A stretch of DNA of 64,000 bases from Planctomycetota bacterium (GTDB lineage: Bacteria; Planctomycetota; JAJSAM01; JAJVHW01), in assembly GCA_965248445.1 (NCBI GenBank), contig CBDFJG010000004.1:864001-928000 (forward strand). Direction: 5' to 3'. Below, piece by piece: positions 1 to 9,672 of the stretch. A program made the translations under genes and the position numbers. Below the pieces are notes generated by a model, which saw only the letters and a program-made list of their open reading frames with translations, made no database searches and was not told the DNA's origin. Numbering within the stretch: the first letter of the stretch is position 1; each line of letters starts with the position of its first letter.

Positions 1-1179
1 GTGACTCCCGTCATCGCGCAACACCTGGACCGCGTGATCAGCGAGGCTCCCGAGCGCGGGGCGCAACTGCTCCTGGTCCGTCTGGACACGCCCGGGGGCT
101 CGATCGAACTGATGGACGACATCGTCCAGTCATTCAACGAGTCCCGGGTCCCGATCGTCGTGTGGGTCGGCCCGCGCAGCGCGCAGGCGACGTCCGCGGG
201 CGTCTTCGTGACGCTCGCCGCCCACGTCGCTGGAATGGCGCCCGGCACGACCATCGGGGCCGCGAGTCCGGTCGCCGGCAACGGCGCCGATCTGCCCGAC
301 ACGCTGAAGTCCAAAGTGGTCGGTGTCCTCAGCGCCAAGATGGAGAACCTCGCGGCCCGGCGCGGACCGGATGCCGTCGCGTTCGGCATCGAAGCGGTGG
401 AGTCGGCCAGGACAATCACTGCCGAGGAGGCGCTGGACCTCCGCGTGGTCGACTTCCTGGCCGAGGACATCGACGCAGTGCTCGCCGAGATCGACGGGAA
501 GGAAGTGTCGTTCCCCGACCGCGTGGCGCTGATCGAGACGGCGAACATGCGGGTCGAGGCCGCGGGACTGAGCGTGATCGAGGGAATCCTCAACACGATC
601 ACGAACCCGACGATGGCGTACCTTCTGCTGTTGCTCGGGCTGATCGGCATCCTGTGGGAAGCCGTCGTGCCCGGGGTGGGATTGCCGGGGATCATCGGCG
701 GGATCTCCCTGATCGTCGGCGTGTACGCACTCGGAGTGCTGCCCGTGAACTACGCGGGCGTGGGGCTGATCCTGCTCGCGTTCCTGCTGTTCCTGCTGGA
801 CGTGAAGACCGGTGCGGGCGGTCTGGTTGCGATCGGCGGGGTGATCTCGCTGTTCCTGGGAGGCCTGTTGTTGTTCGAGTCGCCCTACTACTCGGTCTCG
901 ATCGGCGTGCTGATCGCCACCGCCATCGCGGCCGGGGTGTTCTTCGTGTTCGCCGGTCGTATGGCCGTGGCGATCCACAAGAAGAAGGCGACGACCGGAC
1001 TCGAGGGACTCGTCGGCGCCGTCGGTGAAGTCCGCGAGGACCTGGATCCTGATGGACTCGTCGCGGTGCAGGGCGAGACATGGCGGGCGACCGCCGAAGA
1101 CGGGCCCGTCGCGCGAGGTACGCGCGTCGAGGTCACCGTCGTGGATGGATTGCGAATCCGCGTGAAGCGCGCGGAATAG
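1..1179 (+). CDS. nfeD: NfeD family membrane-bound serine protease (ClpP-like domain, TM helices, OB fold); 5' end probably outside window
   Basis: LDTPGG, ATSAG and [13 protein letters not shown] motifs; TM block; C-terminal [10 protein letters not shown] fold; directly upstream of an SPFH gene. Confidence 0.93.
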   Translation: MTPVIAQHLDRVISEAPERGAQLLLVRLDTPGGSIELMDDIVQSFNESRVPIVVWVGPRSAQATSAGVFVTLAAHVAGMAPGTTIGAASPVAGNGADLPDTLKSKVVGVLSAKMENLAARRGPDAVAFGIEAVESARTITAEEALDLRVVDFLAEDIDAVLAEIDGKEVSFPDRVALIETANMRVEAAGLSVIEGILNTITNPTMAYLLLLLGLIGILWEAVVPGVGLPGIIGGISLIVGVYALGVLPVNYAGVGLILLAFLLFLLDVKTGAGGLVAIGGVISLFLGGLLLFESPYYSVSIGVLIATAIAAGVFFVFAGRMAVAIHKKKATTGLEGLVGAVGEVREDLDPDGLVAVQGETWRATAEDGPVARGTRVEVTVVDGLRIRVKRAE

Positions 1180-1190
1180 GAGAGTCTCTG

Positions 1191-2078
1191 ATGGAACCCC
1201 TGTTCGGAATGACGGTCTTCGCGGCAGCCGGTGCGGTGATCGCCGTGATCGGCGTGCTTCTCGCGTTCGGTCTGATGCTCCTCATGCAGGCCATCCGCAT
1301 CGTGAAGGAGTACGAGCGCGGCGTGATCTTCCGCCTCGGTCGCCTGGTCGGCGCGAAGGGCCCGGGCCTGTTCTTCCTCGTGCCGTTCATCGACACGATG
1401 GTGAAGGTCGACCTGCGCGTCGTGACGCTCGACGTCCCGTCGCAAGAGGCGATCACGCGAGACAACGTGACGGTCAAGGTCAACGCGGTCGTGTACTTCC
1501 GCGTGCTCGACCCGAGCTCCGCGATCGTCAACGTCGAGAACTACAAGCGTGCCACGTGGCTCGTCTCGCAGACGACGCTGCGCAGCGTGCTCGGCCAGAG
1601 CGAGCTCGACGAACTGCTGGCGAACCGCGAGAAGATCAACGGCGAACTCTGCCGCATCATCGACGAGGAGACCGAGCCCTGGGGCATCAAGGTCTCGATG
1701 GTCGAGGTGAAGGACGTCGAGCTGCCACCGTCGATGCAGCGCGCCATGGCGAAGCAGGCGGAAGCGGAGCGCGAGAAGCGCGCGAAGATCATCCATGCAT
1801 CGGGTGAGGCCATCGCAGCGGTCGAGCTCGCCCAGGCGGCGCGCAAACTCTCCGCCGAGCCGGCCGCGATCCAGCTGCGCTACTTGCAGACGCTGACCGA
1901 GATCGGCGTCGAACAGAACTCGACGATCATCTTCCCGGTTCCAGTGGACATGCTCGCGGCCTTCATGAAGAAGGTCGGAATCGACGTGCCGAGCAGCATT
2001 GCGACACCGACCCCGCACACCGCGAGTGACGGGAACGGCCTCGGCGATCTCGAGGCGCCGGACGAGCGCATCGCGTAG
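1191..2078 (+). CDS. SPFH/stomatin (slipin) family protein
   Basis: [58 protein letters not shown] before ATG 1191. Confidence 0.95.
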   Translation: MEPLFGMTVFAAAGAVIAVIGVLLAFGLMLLMQAIRIVKEYERGVIFRLGRLVGAKGPGLFFLVPFIDTMVKVDLRVVTLDVPSQEAITRDNVTVKVNAVVYFRVLDPSSAIVNVENYKRATWLVSQTTLRSVLGQSELDELLANREKINGELCRIIDEETEPWGIKVSMVEVKDVELPPSMQRAMAKQAEAEREKRAKIIHASGEAIAAVELAQAARKLSAEPAAIQLRYLQTLTEIGVEQNSTIIFPVPVDMLAAFMKKVGIDVPSSIATPTPHTASDGNGLGDLEAPDERIA

Positions 2079-2139
2079 CCGGGACCGCGCGGGAGAGAGA
2101 GACGTGAGCGGCGTCGGGCGTCGCGGGAGGGTGAGTTTC

Positions 2140-5100
2140 ATGCGATCGTTGCTGCCCCGATTCTCTCTGCTCGGCTGCGCCGTCGCGCTGACCGCCCTCG
2201 CGGTCCTCGCGCCCCCGGCGGAGGCCGCCTCCCCGATCCCCGAGTTCCCGGCCGACGGCGTCGCGCTGAGCGGCGTCCGCGACACGTTCGACGGACTCCG
2301 CCGTCACATCGCCGCACGGGAGACCCGCGTCGGAGCGAGGTACGTCGCCGTCATCGTGAAGTTCACTGAGCCGCGCAACCGCTCGGGCCGCCAGTACTCC
2401 CGCACCGCCATCCCCTACGTCGACCGCGTGTTCAAGTCGTGGGCCGACCAGCTCGATCCCGAGAATCACGTCCTGATCTGCATGTCGACCGAGAACCGCG
2501 GCATCGCGATCCACTCGGGCAGCCGGTGGTCGAATCTCGGATTCGCCGAGGCCGGAATCACGAAGGTCATCGACGAGTCGCCGTTCGCGCGGGTGGCGCG
2601 CACCGGCGACCACTCCGGCGCGCTGGAGCGCCTGGTCGACGCGGTAGATCTGCACCTGTCCTTGCGCGTGCAGAGCATCGAACGCAACGCGGCGCGGGTG
2701 CGTGACGACATCGGCGCGTACGGACGCGACATCGCGAACGCGCGAGCCGCCGCGAAGGCCGCCGGAACGCTGACCCCGACCGTGCGGGCGCGGCTCGACG
2801 CCGCGGTCACGGGTGCGCAGAGCGCGTCCCAGCGCGTCGACGCGGGCGACGTTGCAGGCGCCGAGCGCGAGTTGCGGAACGTGCACGCCGCGATCTCGGA
2901 CGTGCGCACCGCGGTGCAGCGCGCAGAGCACGAGAAGAACGAGATCACGCGGCTGACCGCCCAGGGGAACGCCCTCGTCCAAAGCGCGGAGGGCCTTCGC
3001 GCTGCGGCAGGAGAGCTGGCCGAGACCTCCCCCCGTGTGCACACTCGCCTCACGGCCATGGACGCGGGGGTGGAGCGCGTCCGCGACGTCCTGGGCGAGG
3101 GCTCGCTCAGCGAGCGGGCAACCGCCGTCGGCAACCTGGAAGCCCGCAACGGCCAGGTGCTGAACATGATCAAGGTCGAGACGGCCAACCGCGAGGAGCT
3201 GCTCCGGCTCCGCGCGGCTGCGCCCGACCAGATCCGCATCGCACGGGAGCGCCTCGCCGAGGTCCGCGAGAAGGTGGACGCCGCGCCAATGCGGCCGGCC
3301 GGCGCAGCGAACGTCCAAGAGGTCGAAGACCTGCTGATCGACGCCGACACGATGCTGCTCGCGAGCGATCCGCGCAGCGCAGTGGACTCGGCCGAACGCG
3401 CCGGCCGGATGCTCGACGGCATCGAGAGCTCCGTCGGGGTGGCCCACCGCTCGCATCGCTTCCGGACCACGACGCTCCCGATGATCATCGGCGGTGCGCT
3501 CCTGGCACTGCTGGTGCTGCTCGCCGTGCTGCACACTCTCGTACGCCGCGCGGCGCTGCGCCGCGCGACCCTCGTCATCGAGCGGTGGCGCAAACTGCTC
3601 GGACGCGCGGGCACGCGGCTCGTCAAGATGCGCGACGACCACCCGTTCCTGTTCGGCTCCCAACGGCTGGCTCAGCGGTTCACAGGCTCCACCGCCAGAC
3701 ACTTCGTGGAGATGGGCGAAGGCGCCGACGACCTGTTCCTCACCTACGGCGCCGCCGCCAATCAGCTCAAGCGCGCGGAGACCGTGCTCGACGAAGCGCC
3801 GGTGATCGGCTGGGGCAACTTCAACCTCATCGTTCGGCTGCTCGGCGAATCGAAGGTCGAACTGTCGCGCGAGCAGGTCGGAGACGACGAGCTGTTCCTG
3901 CCCGAGACGATCGTGGTCTCGCGTCCCGCGGCCGAGCTCCTGGACCACATGGGCGACGTCTACGAGGAGGTGTACGGGAAGGTGCACGCGCTCGAGGCCG
4001 AGCTCGTCGAAGTGCCGGAGATCCTGGCCGGTGCGCTCGACGCACTGACCGCCGCCGAGGAGTCGCTCGGCGATCTCCGCACGCGCGGAGTCGGCGTCGC
4101 CGCCTACGAGGAAGCACACGCCGCACATCGCGAGCGGCATGATTGGCTGCGCGCCCGGGTCGAGCACGACCCGATCGGTGCACGGCCGGACGCCACCTCT
4201 CTCGACGCTGCCGCCGAGACACTGATGGCGAGGCTGCGGCGCGTCACGGCTGCCCGCGATGTCCTCGACGACGCGCTCGACGTGCGGCTGGCCGCGGTGC
4301 TGAAGCGAATCGCCGCGCGGCGCGTCGAGGGCCTCCGCATGTCGGAGCCCGGTTTCGAGCCCGAGCGGATGTCCCGCGCCGCCGTCGATGCGGGAGGTGC
4401 TGCGATGACCAGCGCCGCCGCCGGCGAGGACCACGCCGCGGTCAACGCCGCGAGCCACGCGAACGACACCGTCGCCGAGATGGAGCGCCTCGTCGACCTG
4501 ACGCTGACGTCACGCGACACCACTCCCGGACAGCTCACCAAGCTGCGGGAGGAGGAAGAGACCCAGCGCAGCGTGCTCCACGAACGCGGCGGCAAGATCG
4601 CCACGCTGCAGTCCGAGCACGACGACCGCGCGATCATGCCCGCGCTCGACAACGCCGAGGAAGCCGCCACGGCGCTCGACTTCGTAGGCGGCTGCATCGA
4701 CGAGGCGCACGAAGCGCTCACCCCGGGCGCGCAGCGGTACCTCGCCGCCGCGGAGCTCGCCCGTCGCGCGCTGCATGTCCTCGCCGATGTGACCGACCTC
4801 TACGCGGAGATCGACTCGAAGGCGCAGCAGCTCCGCGAGGCGCGCCAGGACGCACGCGAGACGGTCGCGCTGGCGCGGAGGCGCTCGGGTGATCTCGCCG
4901 CGTTCCTCACGGCGGACGGCCCGTTCGCAGGCGAGTCGACGACGGATGCCTCGGCGACGCTCGAGCGGAGGGTCACCGAGGAGACCGAGGCGCAGGCGTC
5001 GCCGAAGCCGCATTGGATCGAACGTCTGGCCGCGGCGCAGGCGCTCGTGGCACACGAACAAGGCGTGCGCGTCGTGGCGGAAGAGGAACGCCGCGCACGG

Positions 5101-5799
5101 GACGCAGCGCGCAAGCTCTCGTCGTCTCTCGAGGGTGACTACCGCGAAGCTGAACGTCTCTTGCGCTCGTCCACCGACGACCGCCCGCCCGCGAACCGGC
5201 GCCTCGCCGAGGCGGCGGCGCTCATCGGACACGCCGGCGAACAGGACGGAGCGAAGCACCCAGACTGGGGAGCGATGGTCGCGCTGCTCACCGATGCACA
5301 GGAGCATGTACGCGAGGCTGTGCGCATGACGCACGAGGACCTCGAACTGGCCGCTGCGGCGCGCCGCTCGATCGGCAAGGCGCACGACGCCATCGCCAAC
5401 GCGGACCGTTCGTACGGACACAGCGTGCGCGCGCGGCTCGGCAGCTCCCGCAAGCGGCTGCGCAAGGCGCGCAACGCACTGGCGGTGCAGCAGTACGAGT
5501 TGGCTCGCGAGACGGCGGACGCAGCGCGGGCCAAGGCCGACCATGCGCGGCGGGACGCGGTCAGCGCCGCGCGCCGCAAGGCGGCCGCCGAGCTCACGAA
5601 GGCGCTCGCCACGGCCGCGGCGGTCACTGTGTTCTCGGGACGTGCTCGCGGCGGGTCGTCGTGGGGCGGCTCGTCGTCCTCGTGGGGAAGTTCGTCCGGG
5701 ATATCGTCTGGTAGTTCCTCGGGATGGTCCGGCGGATTCGGCAGCAGCTCCGGAGGCTCCAGTTTCGGCGGCTCGTCCAGCGGCGGCAGCTCCTGGTAG
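2140..5799 (+). CDS. Large TPM-domain membrane protein with long coiled coil and Gly/Ser-rich tail
   Basis: Signal peptide; TPM-like segment (VLICMSTENRGIAIHSG...GDHSGALERLVDAV); single TM (PMIIGGALLALLVLLAVL); helical repeats; GGSS-rich C-terminus typical of TPM proteins. Confidence 0.7.
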   Translation: MRSLLPRFSLLGCAVALTALAVLAPPAEAASPIPEFPADGVALSGVRDTFDGLRRHIAARETRVGARYVAVIVKFTEPRNRSGRQYSRTAIPYVDRVFKSWADQLDPENHVLICMSTENRGIAIHSGSRWSNLGFAEAGITKVIDESPFARVARTGDHSGALERLVDAVDLHLSLRVQSIERNAARVRDDIGAYGRDIANARAAAKAAGTLTPTVRARLDAAVTGAQSASQRVDAGDVAGAERELRNVHAAISDVRTAVQRAEHEKNEITRLTAQGNALVQSAEGLRAAAGELAETSPRVHTRLTAMDAGVERVRDVLGEGSLSERATAVGNLEARNGQVLNMIKVETANREELLRLRAAAPDQIRIARERLAEVREKVDAAPMRPAGAANVQEVEDLLIDADTMLLASDPRSAVDSAERAGRMLDGIESSVGVAHRSHRFRTTTLPMIIGGALLALLVLLAVLHTLVRRAALRRATLVIERWRKLLGRAGTRLVKMRDDHPFLFGSQRLAQRFTGSTARHFVEMGEGADDLFLTYGAAANQLKRAETVLDEAPVIGWGNFNLIVRLLGESKVELSREQVGDDELFLPETIVVSRPAAELLDHMGDVYEEVYGKVHALEAELVEVPEILAGALDALTAAEESLGDLRTRGVGVAAYEEAHAAHRERHDWLRARVEHDPIGARPDATSLDAAAETLMARLRRVTAARDVLDDALDVRLAAVLKRIAARRVEGLRMSEPGFEPERMSRAAVDAGGAAMTSAAAGEDHAAVNAASHANDTVAEMERLVDLTLTSRDTTPGQLTKLREEEETQRSVLHERGGKIATLQSEHDDRAIMPALDNAEEAATALDFVGGCIDEAHEALTPGAQRYLAAAELARRALHVLADVTDLYAEIDSKAQQLREARQDARETVALARRRSGDLAAFLTADGPFAGESTTDASATLERRVTEETEAQASPKPHWIERLAAAQALVAHEQGVRVVAEEERRARDAARKLSSSLEGDYREAERLLRSSTDDRPPANRRLAEAAALIGHAGEQDGAKHPDWGAMVALLTDAQEHVREAVRMTHEDLELAAAARRSIGKAHDAIANADRSYGHSVRARLGSSRKRLRKARNALAVQQYELARETADAARAKADHARRDAVSAARRKAAAELTKALATAAAVTVFSGRARGGSSWGGSSSSWGSSSGISSGSSSGWSGGFGSSSGGSSFGGSSSGGSSW

Positions 5800-5821
5800 C
5801 TGCGTCGTCTAACGTGGCGTC

Positions 5822-6433
5822 GTGACGACGGAACGCGCGATGCGAGGACGGGCCGGCGTGTCCGCGCTGGTTGGCGCGGCCGCGGGCATCGTTGCGGCAG
5901 CGTTGTTCACCGTGCTCATGAGTACGGGCTCTACCTCGAGGGCCCCGGGCAGCGACACTCCGGCGGTGAACTCGGAGCGCACCGACGCGCTCCTCGAGGA
6001 ACTGATCGACGAGGTCCGTGCTCTCCGTCGGACCGTGGCGAACGAGACCCGCGTCACGCCACCGTCGCGGCGGGCGCCCGAGGCCGAGCCACCGCGCGCC
6101 GTTGCAGCGCCGTCGGCGGCACCTCTCATGGAGACGCCGCTCACCGGCCGCACGCGGCACGTACCGACGGACGCGCGGAAGGACGCCGACTGGGCCGCAC
6201 TCAAGGTTCTGCAGAAGTTCGAGAAGGACGAGTCGGTCCGGCGCGCCTGGCTGTTGACCGAGGAGGCCGAGATCGAGCGCAGGTTCGGGTTCCCGACTGC
6301 GGTCTCGGAGAGCGGCCGGCAGTGGCACTACATCCGCCGCCGCAGCGACGGCGCGCAACTCGAGTACTACTACCTGAACTTCGATGACCTCGGCCGACTC
6401 GCCAGCATCTACTACCGGAACAAGCAGCGGTGA
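5822..6433 (+). CDS. Hypothetical membrane-anchored protein
   Basis: N-terminal hydrophobic helix, coding-like codon bias, co-oriented in operon. Confidence 0.6.
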   Translation: MTTERAMRGRAGVSALVGAAAGIVAAALFTVLMSTGSTSRAPGSDTPAVNSERTDALLEELIDEVRALRRTVANETRVTPPSRRAPEAEPPRAVAAPSAAPLMETPLTGRTRHVPTDARKDADWAALKVLQKFEKDESVRRAWLLTEEAEIERRFGFPTAVSESGRQWHYIRRRSDGAQLEYYYLNFDDLGRLASIYYRNKQR

Positions 6434-6439
6434 ACGCCC

Positions 6440-7312
6440 GTGGCGCGCGCTGACCTGCGCCGCCGCGAGAACGTCGCGGGCGATCTCTACGTCGATGATT
6501 CGTGCATCGACTGCGACACCTGCCGCTGGATGGCCCCCAGGACGTTCGCAGCGGTAGGCCGGCAGTCCGCGGTCGTTCGCCAGCCCGAGAGTGAGGAGGA
6601 CCTGCACGCAGCTCTCCTCGCCCTGGTCGCGTGCCCGACTTCCTCGATCGGCACCACCGAGCGGCACGACGTGGCGGCCGCCTCGCGCGCGTTCCCCATG
6701 CCGCTGACCGGCGACGTGTTCCTCTGCGGCTACCACGCGGAGTCGAGCTACGGCGCCACGTCGTACTTCGTCCAACGCGATGCGGGAAACGTGCTGGTCG
6801 ATTCGCCGCGCTTCGCCGGACCCCTCGTGAGTCGCCTGGAGGAACTCGGCGGCGTGCACACGATGTTCCTCACCCACCGCGACGACGTCGCCGACCACGA
6901 GAAATTCGCTGCGCACTTCGGCTGCGAGCGCGTGCTGCACGAGGGCGACATGGCGAGCGGGACCCGCGACGTCGAACACGTGATCACCGGCAACGAGCCC
7001 GTGGAGCTCGCAGACAACCTCCCCGTGATCCCGACACCCGGCCACACCACCGGCTCGGCGTGCCTGCTGCACCGCGAAGAGCACCTGTTCACCGGCGACC
7101 ACGTCGCGTGGAGCGTGAGCCGCCGCGCGTTCGGCGGATTCCGTTCGGTGTGCTGGTACGACTGGCCCACGCAGATCCGGTCGATGCAGCGGCTGGCGGA
7201 GCACCGGTACTCCTGGATCCTCCCGGGCCACGGGCGACGGCACCGCGTAGACCCTGACGACGTCCGCGCCGTGATTGCAGAGACGGTGCGCTGGATGGAG
7301 AGCGTGGCGTGA
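6440..7312 (+). CDS. Ferredoxin-fused MBL-fold metallo-hydrolase
   Basis: CIDCDTC...CPTSSIG Fe-S domain; THRDDVADH, TPGHTTGS, FTGDH, LPGHG motifs. Confidence 0.9.
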   Translation: MARADLRRRENVAGDLYVDDSCIDCDTCRWMAPRTFAAVGRQSAVVRQPESEEDLHAALLALVACPTSSIGTTERHDVAAASRAFPMPLTGDVFLCGYHAESSYGATSYFVQRDAGNVLVDSPRFAGPLVSRLEELGGVHTMFLTHRDDVADHEKFAAHFGCERVLHEGDMASGTRDVEHVITGNEPVELADNLPVIPTPGHTTGSACLLHREEHLFTGDHVAWSVSRRAFGGFRSVCWYDWPTQIRSMQRLAEHRYSWILPGHGRRHRVDPDDVRAVIAETVRWMESVA

Positions 7313-7328
7313 CGTCGGCGGCTCGCCG

Positions 7329-7793
7329 CTACCGCGCCATCGGCGCGCTCGACGCCGACTGGAGTGAGGGCAGGTCGCGCAGGAGCAGACGCGCGAGTTC
7401 CGCCGCGTCGGCCTCGCCGTTGGGGACGGCCACGCTGGCTTCGTAGAGCTTCTGGCCGGTGGCGTCGTACAGCGCGGTGCGCGCGCCGGTCATCTCGGGG
7501 CCCCGCGCCACCGTCGTGAGGAGCATGGCGTCGCCGCGCCCGCCGCCGTCCACGTACTCGGGATCGAGGGGACTGAAGTTGCGCGCGAGCAGGCCGTCGT
7601 AGAGTTCGCCCCGGATCTCGCCGGACATGGCGGGATCGGCGGTCGGCGCGGCCACTGCGACGTCGCTCATGTCGACGGTGGAGAGCGCCGGCGAGGACGT
7701 GGCGCGCACCGACGACGTCGGGGTCTGGCAGGCAGGCAGCGTCAGCGCCAGAGCGAGGAGGGACGCGGACAGCAGGGTCATGGGTGCACGCAT
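7329..7793 (-). CDS. Hypothetical lipoprotein
   Basis: Signal peptide with lipobox (LTLPAC); GGAG upstream of ATG 7793. Confidence 0.6.
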   Translation of the reverse strand: MRAPMTLLSASLLALALTLPACQTPTSSVRATSSPALSTVDMSDVAVAAPTADPAMSGEIRGELYDGLLARNFSPLDPEYVDGGGRGDAMLLTTVARGPEMTGARTALYDATGQKLYEASVAVPNGEADAAELARLLLRDLPSLQSASSAPMAR

Positions 7794-7866
7794 GGGGACT
7801 CTCCGGGGACGCGACGAGGCTAACGCGCGGCGGGGACCGTCCTCTCCCCGCCCGGGGCCGCGCCCG

Positions 7867-8475
7867 TCAACTCCCGATCGACCCGGACCACGGAGGACCC
7901 CCTGCCCGCGCTCCGGCGACATCCTGAGCGCGCGTCGCGCGCGCCGCACAGACGGCGACGCACGCGATCCCGGCCACCTCCAGCAGCCACCCGAACGACA
8001 GGTCCCCGAACGCGTCCGACACCACCGGAACGTGGTGAATCGCCGCAGCGCGAAGCAGCACGAACAGCGCTAGGATGCCGACGCCGACGAGTGCAATCCA
8101 AAGTCGACGTACGTCCCCGGAAGCCAGTCTCCATATGGCTTTTAGCCCGACGAGCCCACCGATCGTCAGCACCGCGACGAACGCGATCTGCACCCCCCGC
8201 CGCGCGTCGTACCACCCCTGCGCCCGCGCCACCCGACGCCCGAAGTCGGTCAGCAAATCGTGCAGGTCGAGTGGCTTGTTCGCACCGAGCAGCAACAGCC
8301 CCGCCGCCGCCACGACCCAGAACAACGCGACCCGAGACCGATCTCCCCACGCCCCCGTCACGACCGCCGCCCGCGCCGAGCGAGCAGCCCCCACACACAG
8401 CAGCGCGACCACGACATACGCGACCGCAATCGCCCACTCGAGGCCCTGGCCGGGGAACGCCGCCCACACTGGCAT
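7867..8475 (-). CDS. Hypothetical integral membrane protein
   Basis: About 5 TM helices; LLGANKPLDL...QGWYDARRGVQ segment; divergent from GT2; start uncertain. Confidence 0.65.
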   Translation of the reverse strand: MPVWAAFPGQGLEWAIAVAYVVVALLCVGAARSARAAVVTGAWGDRSRVALFWVVAAAGLLLLGANKPLDLHDLLTDFGRRVARAQGWYDARRGVQIAFVAVLTIGGLVGLKAIWRLASGDVRRLWIALVGVGILALFVLLRAAAIHHVPVVSDAFGDLSFGWLLEVAGIACVAVCAARATRAQDVAGARAGGPPWSGSIGS

Positions 8476-8604
8476 GTCCCGGCACCATCGCAGCCTCGGT
8501 ATTTCCGGATCAAGCGCAACGCTCCCCGCGCCATCAGTGAGAGCGCGCATCCCGTCGCTTCCACTGGGCCAGGACACGGGGCGCGCGCACAATGCAGACT
8601 GTCC

Positions 8605-9672
8605 ATGAACGCGACACCCGAGCCGGCACTGTCGATCCTGATTCCGACCCGCGATCGGGCGGAATCGCTGCGACTCACGCTCGAGGCCCTGGCCGCCGAC
8701 CGGACCGAGCACGCGTTCGAGGTCGTGGTGATCGACAACGGCAACCAGCCCACACTCGATCTCGACTCCCTCGTCGTGCCGACGCTCCCGTCACTCCGCC
8801 TGCTCCACGACCCCCGGCCCGGTAAGGCCCACCCAATGAACTGCGCGCTCGACGCGGGCGGCCTGGCCCCCCTCGTCGCGGTCCTCGACGACGACATGAC
8901 TCCCGCCACCGACTGGGTCGACGGCGTCCTCGCCGCCTCGGAGCGGCTGCCCGAGTTCGACATATTCTCCGGGCGCTCCCACGCCATCTGGCCGGGCGGG
9001 ACCACCCCGCCCGCGTGGGCGGACACGTTCGTCCTCGGTATGGCGTTTTCGGTGGCCGACCTCGACGCCGAACGCGACGTCGAGTTCGGAGTCGGTCCGG
9101 TCCCGGCCCCGAGCGGAAACCAGTTCTGGTTCCGCCGCACCGTGCTCCGAGCCGGGATGCGTTTCCCGGACGCGTGGCCGCCGGAGTTCCACTTCGTCAT
9201 GGCCCTGCGTGCTGCGGGACACAGGGGGACGTTCGTACCCGGAGTCGTCGCAGGTCACCGCGTGCAGCCCGAGCTGATCGGTCTCGGCGAGCTCCGGAAG
9301 AGGAGCGCCCGTCTCGGCCGCGAGATCGCGCGGCTGGAGTTCGTCCTTCCGGATCCCGCGGTACTCGGTGGCCCGCCGAGGATGAGCCGCTGGCGGCAGG
9401 CCGCTCGCGCGACCCTCGCGGTCGGCGCGTGGTCTATCCGGTGGGCGCGTGCTTCGCTGAGTCCGGCGGCGACGCGGCCCGGAACGCGGGCGCGGGCGAT
9501 CATCGGATTGGCGACGAACAGGGAGCGGCTGGCGCTGGCGTTCGCACCGGAGCGGGCGCGACTCCTTCGCGAGTGGATGTCGAGTACATCGCAGCCGATG
9601 TCCGGGGCAGCAGCACAACTCCGCAACGAGGAGTCGCACTACGGCAACGGCGCAAGCGAGTTCGCAAGATGA
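8605..9672 (+). CDS. Glycosyltransferase family 2
   Basis: LSILIPTRDR, EVVVIDNG, VAVLDDD (DxD) motifs; ATGA overlap with NRPS start. Confidence 0.85.
   Translation: MNATPEPALSILIPTRDRAESLRLTLEALAADRTEHAFEVVVIDNGNQPTLDLDSLVVPTLPSLRLLHDPRPGKAHPMNCALDAGGLAPLVAVLDDDMTPATDWVDGVLAASERLPEFDIFSGRSHAIWPGGTTPPAWADTFVLGMAFSVADLDAERDVEFGVGPVPAPSGNQFWFRRTVLRAGMRFPDAWPPEFHFVMALRAAGHRGTFVPGVVAGHRVQPELIGLGELRKRSARLGREIARLEFVLPDPAVLGGPPRMSRWRQAARATLAVGAWSIRWARASLSPAATRPGTRARAIIGLATNRERLALAFAPERARLLREWMSSTSQPMSGAAAQLRNEESHYGNGASEFAR

Noticed and set aside
9015..9668. N-terminal extension of the NRPS in the ORF track
   Set aside because: Overlaps GT2 out of frame; the ATGA-coupled start at 9669 is more plausible
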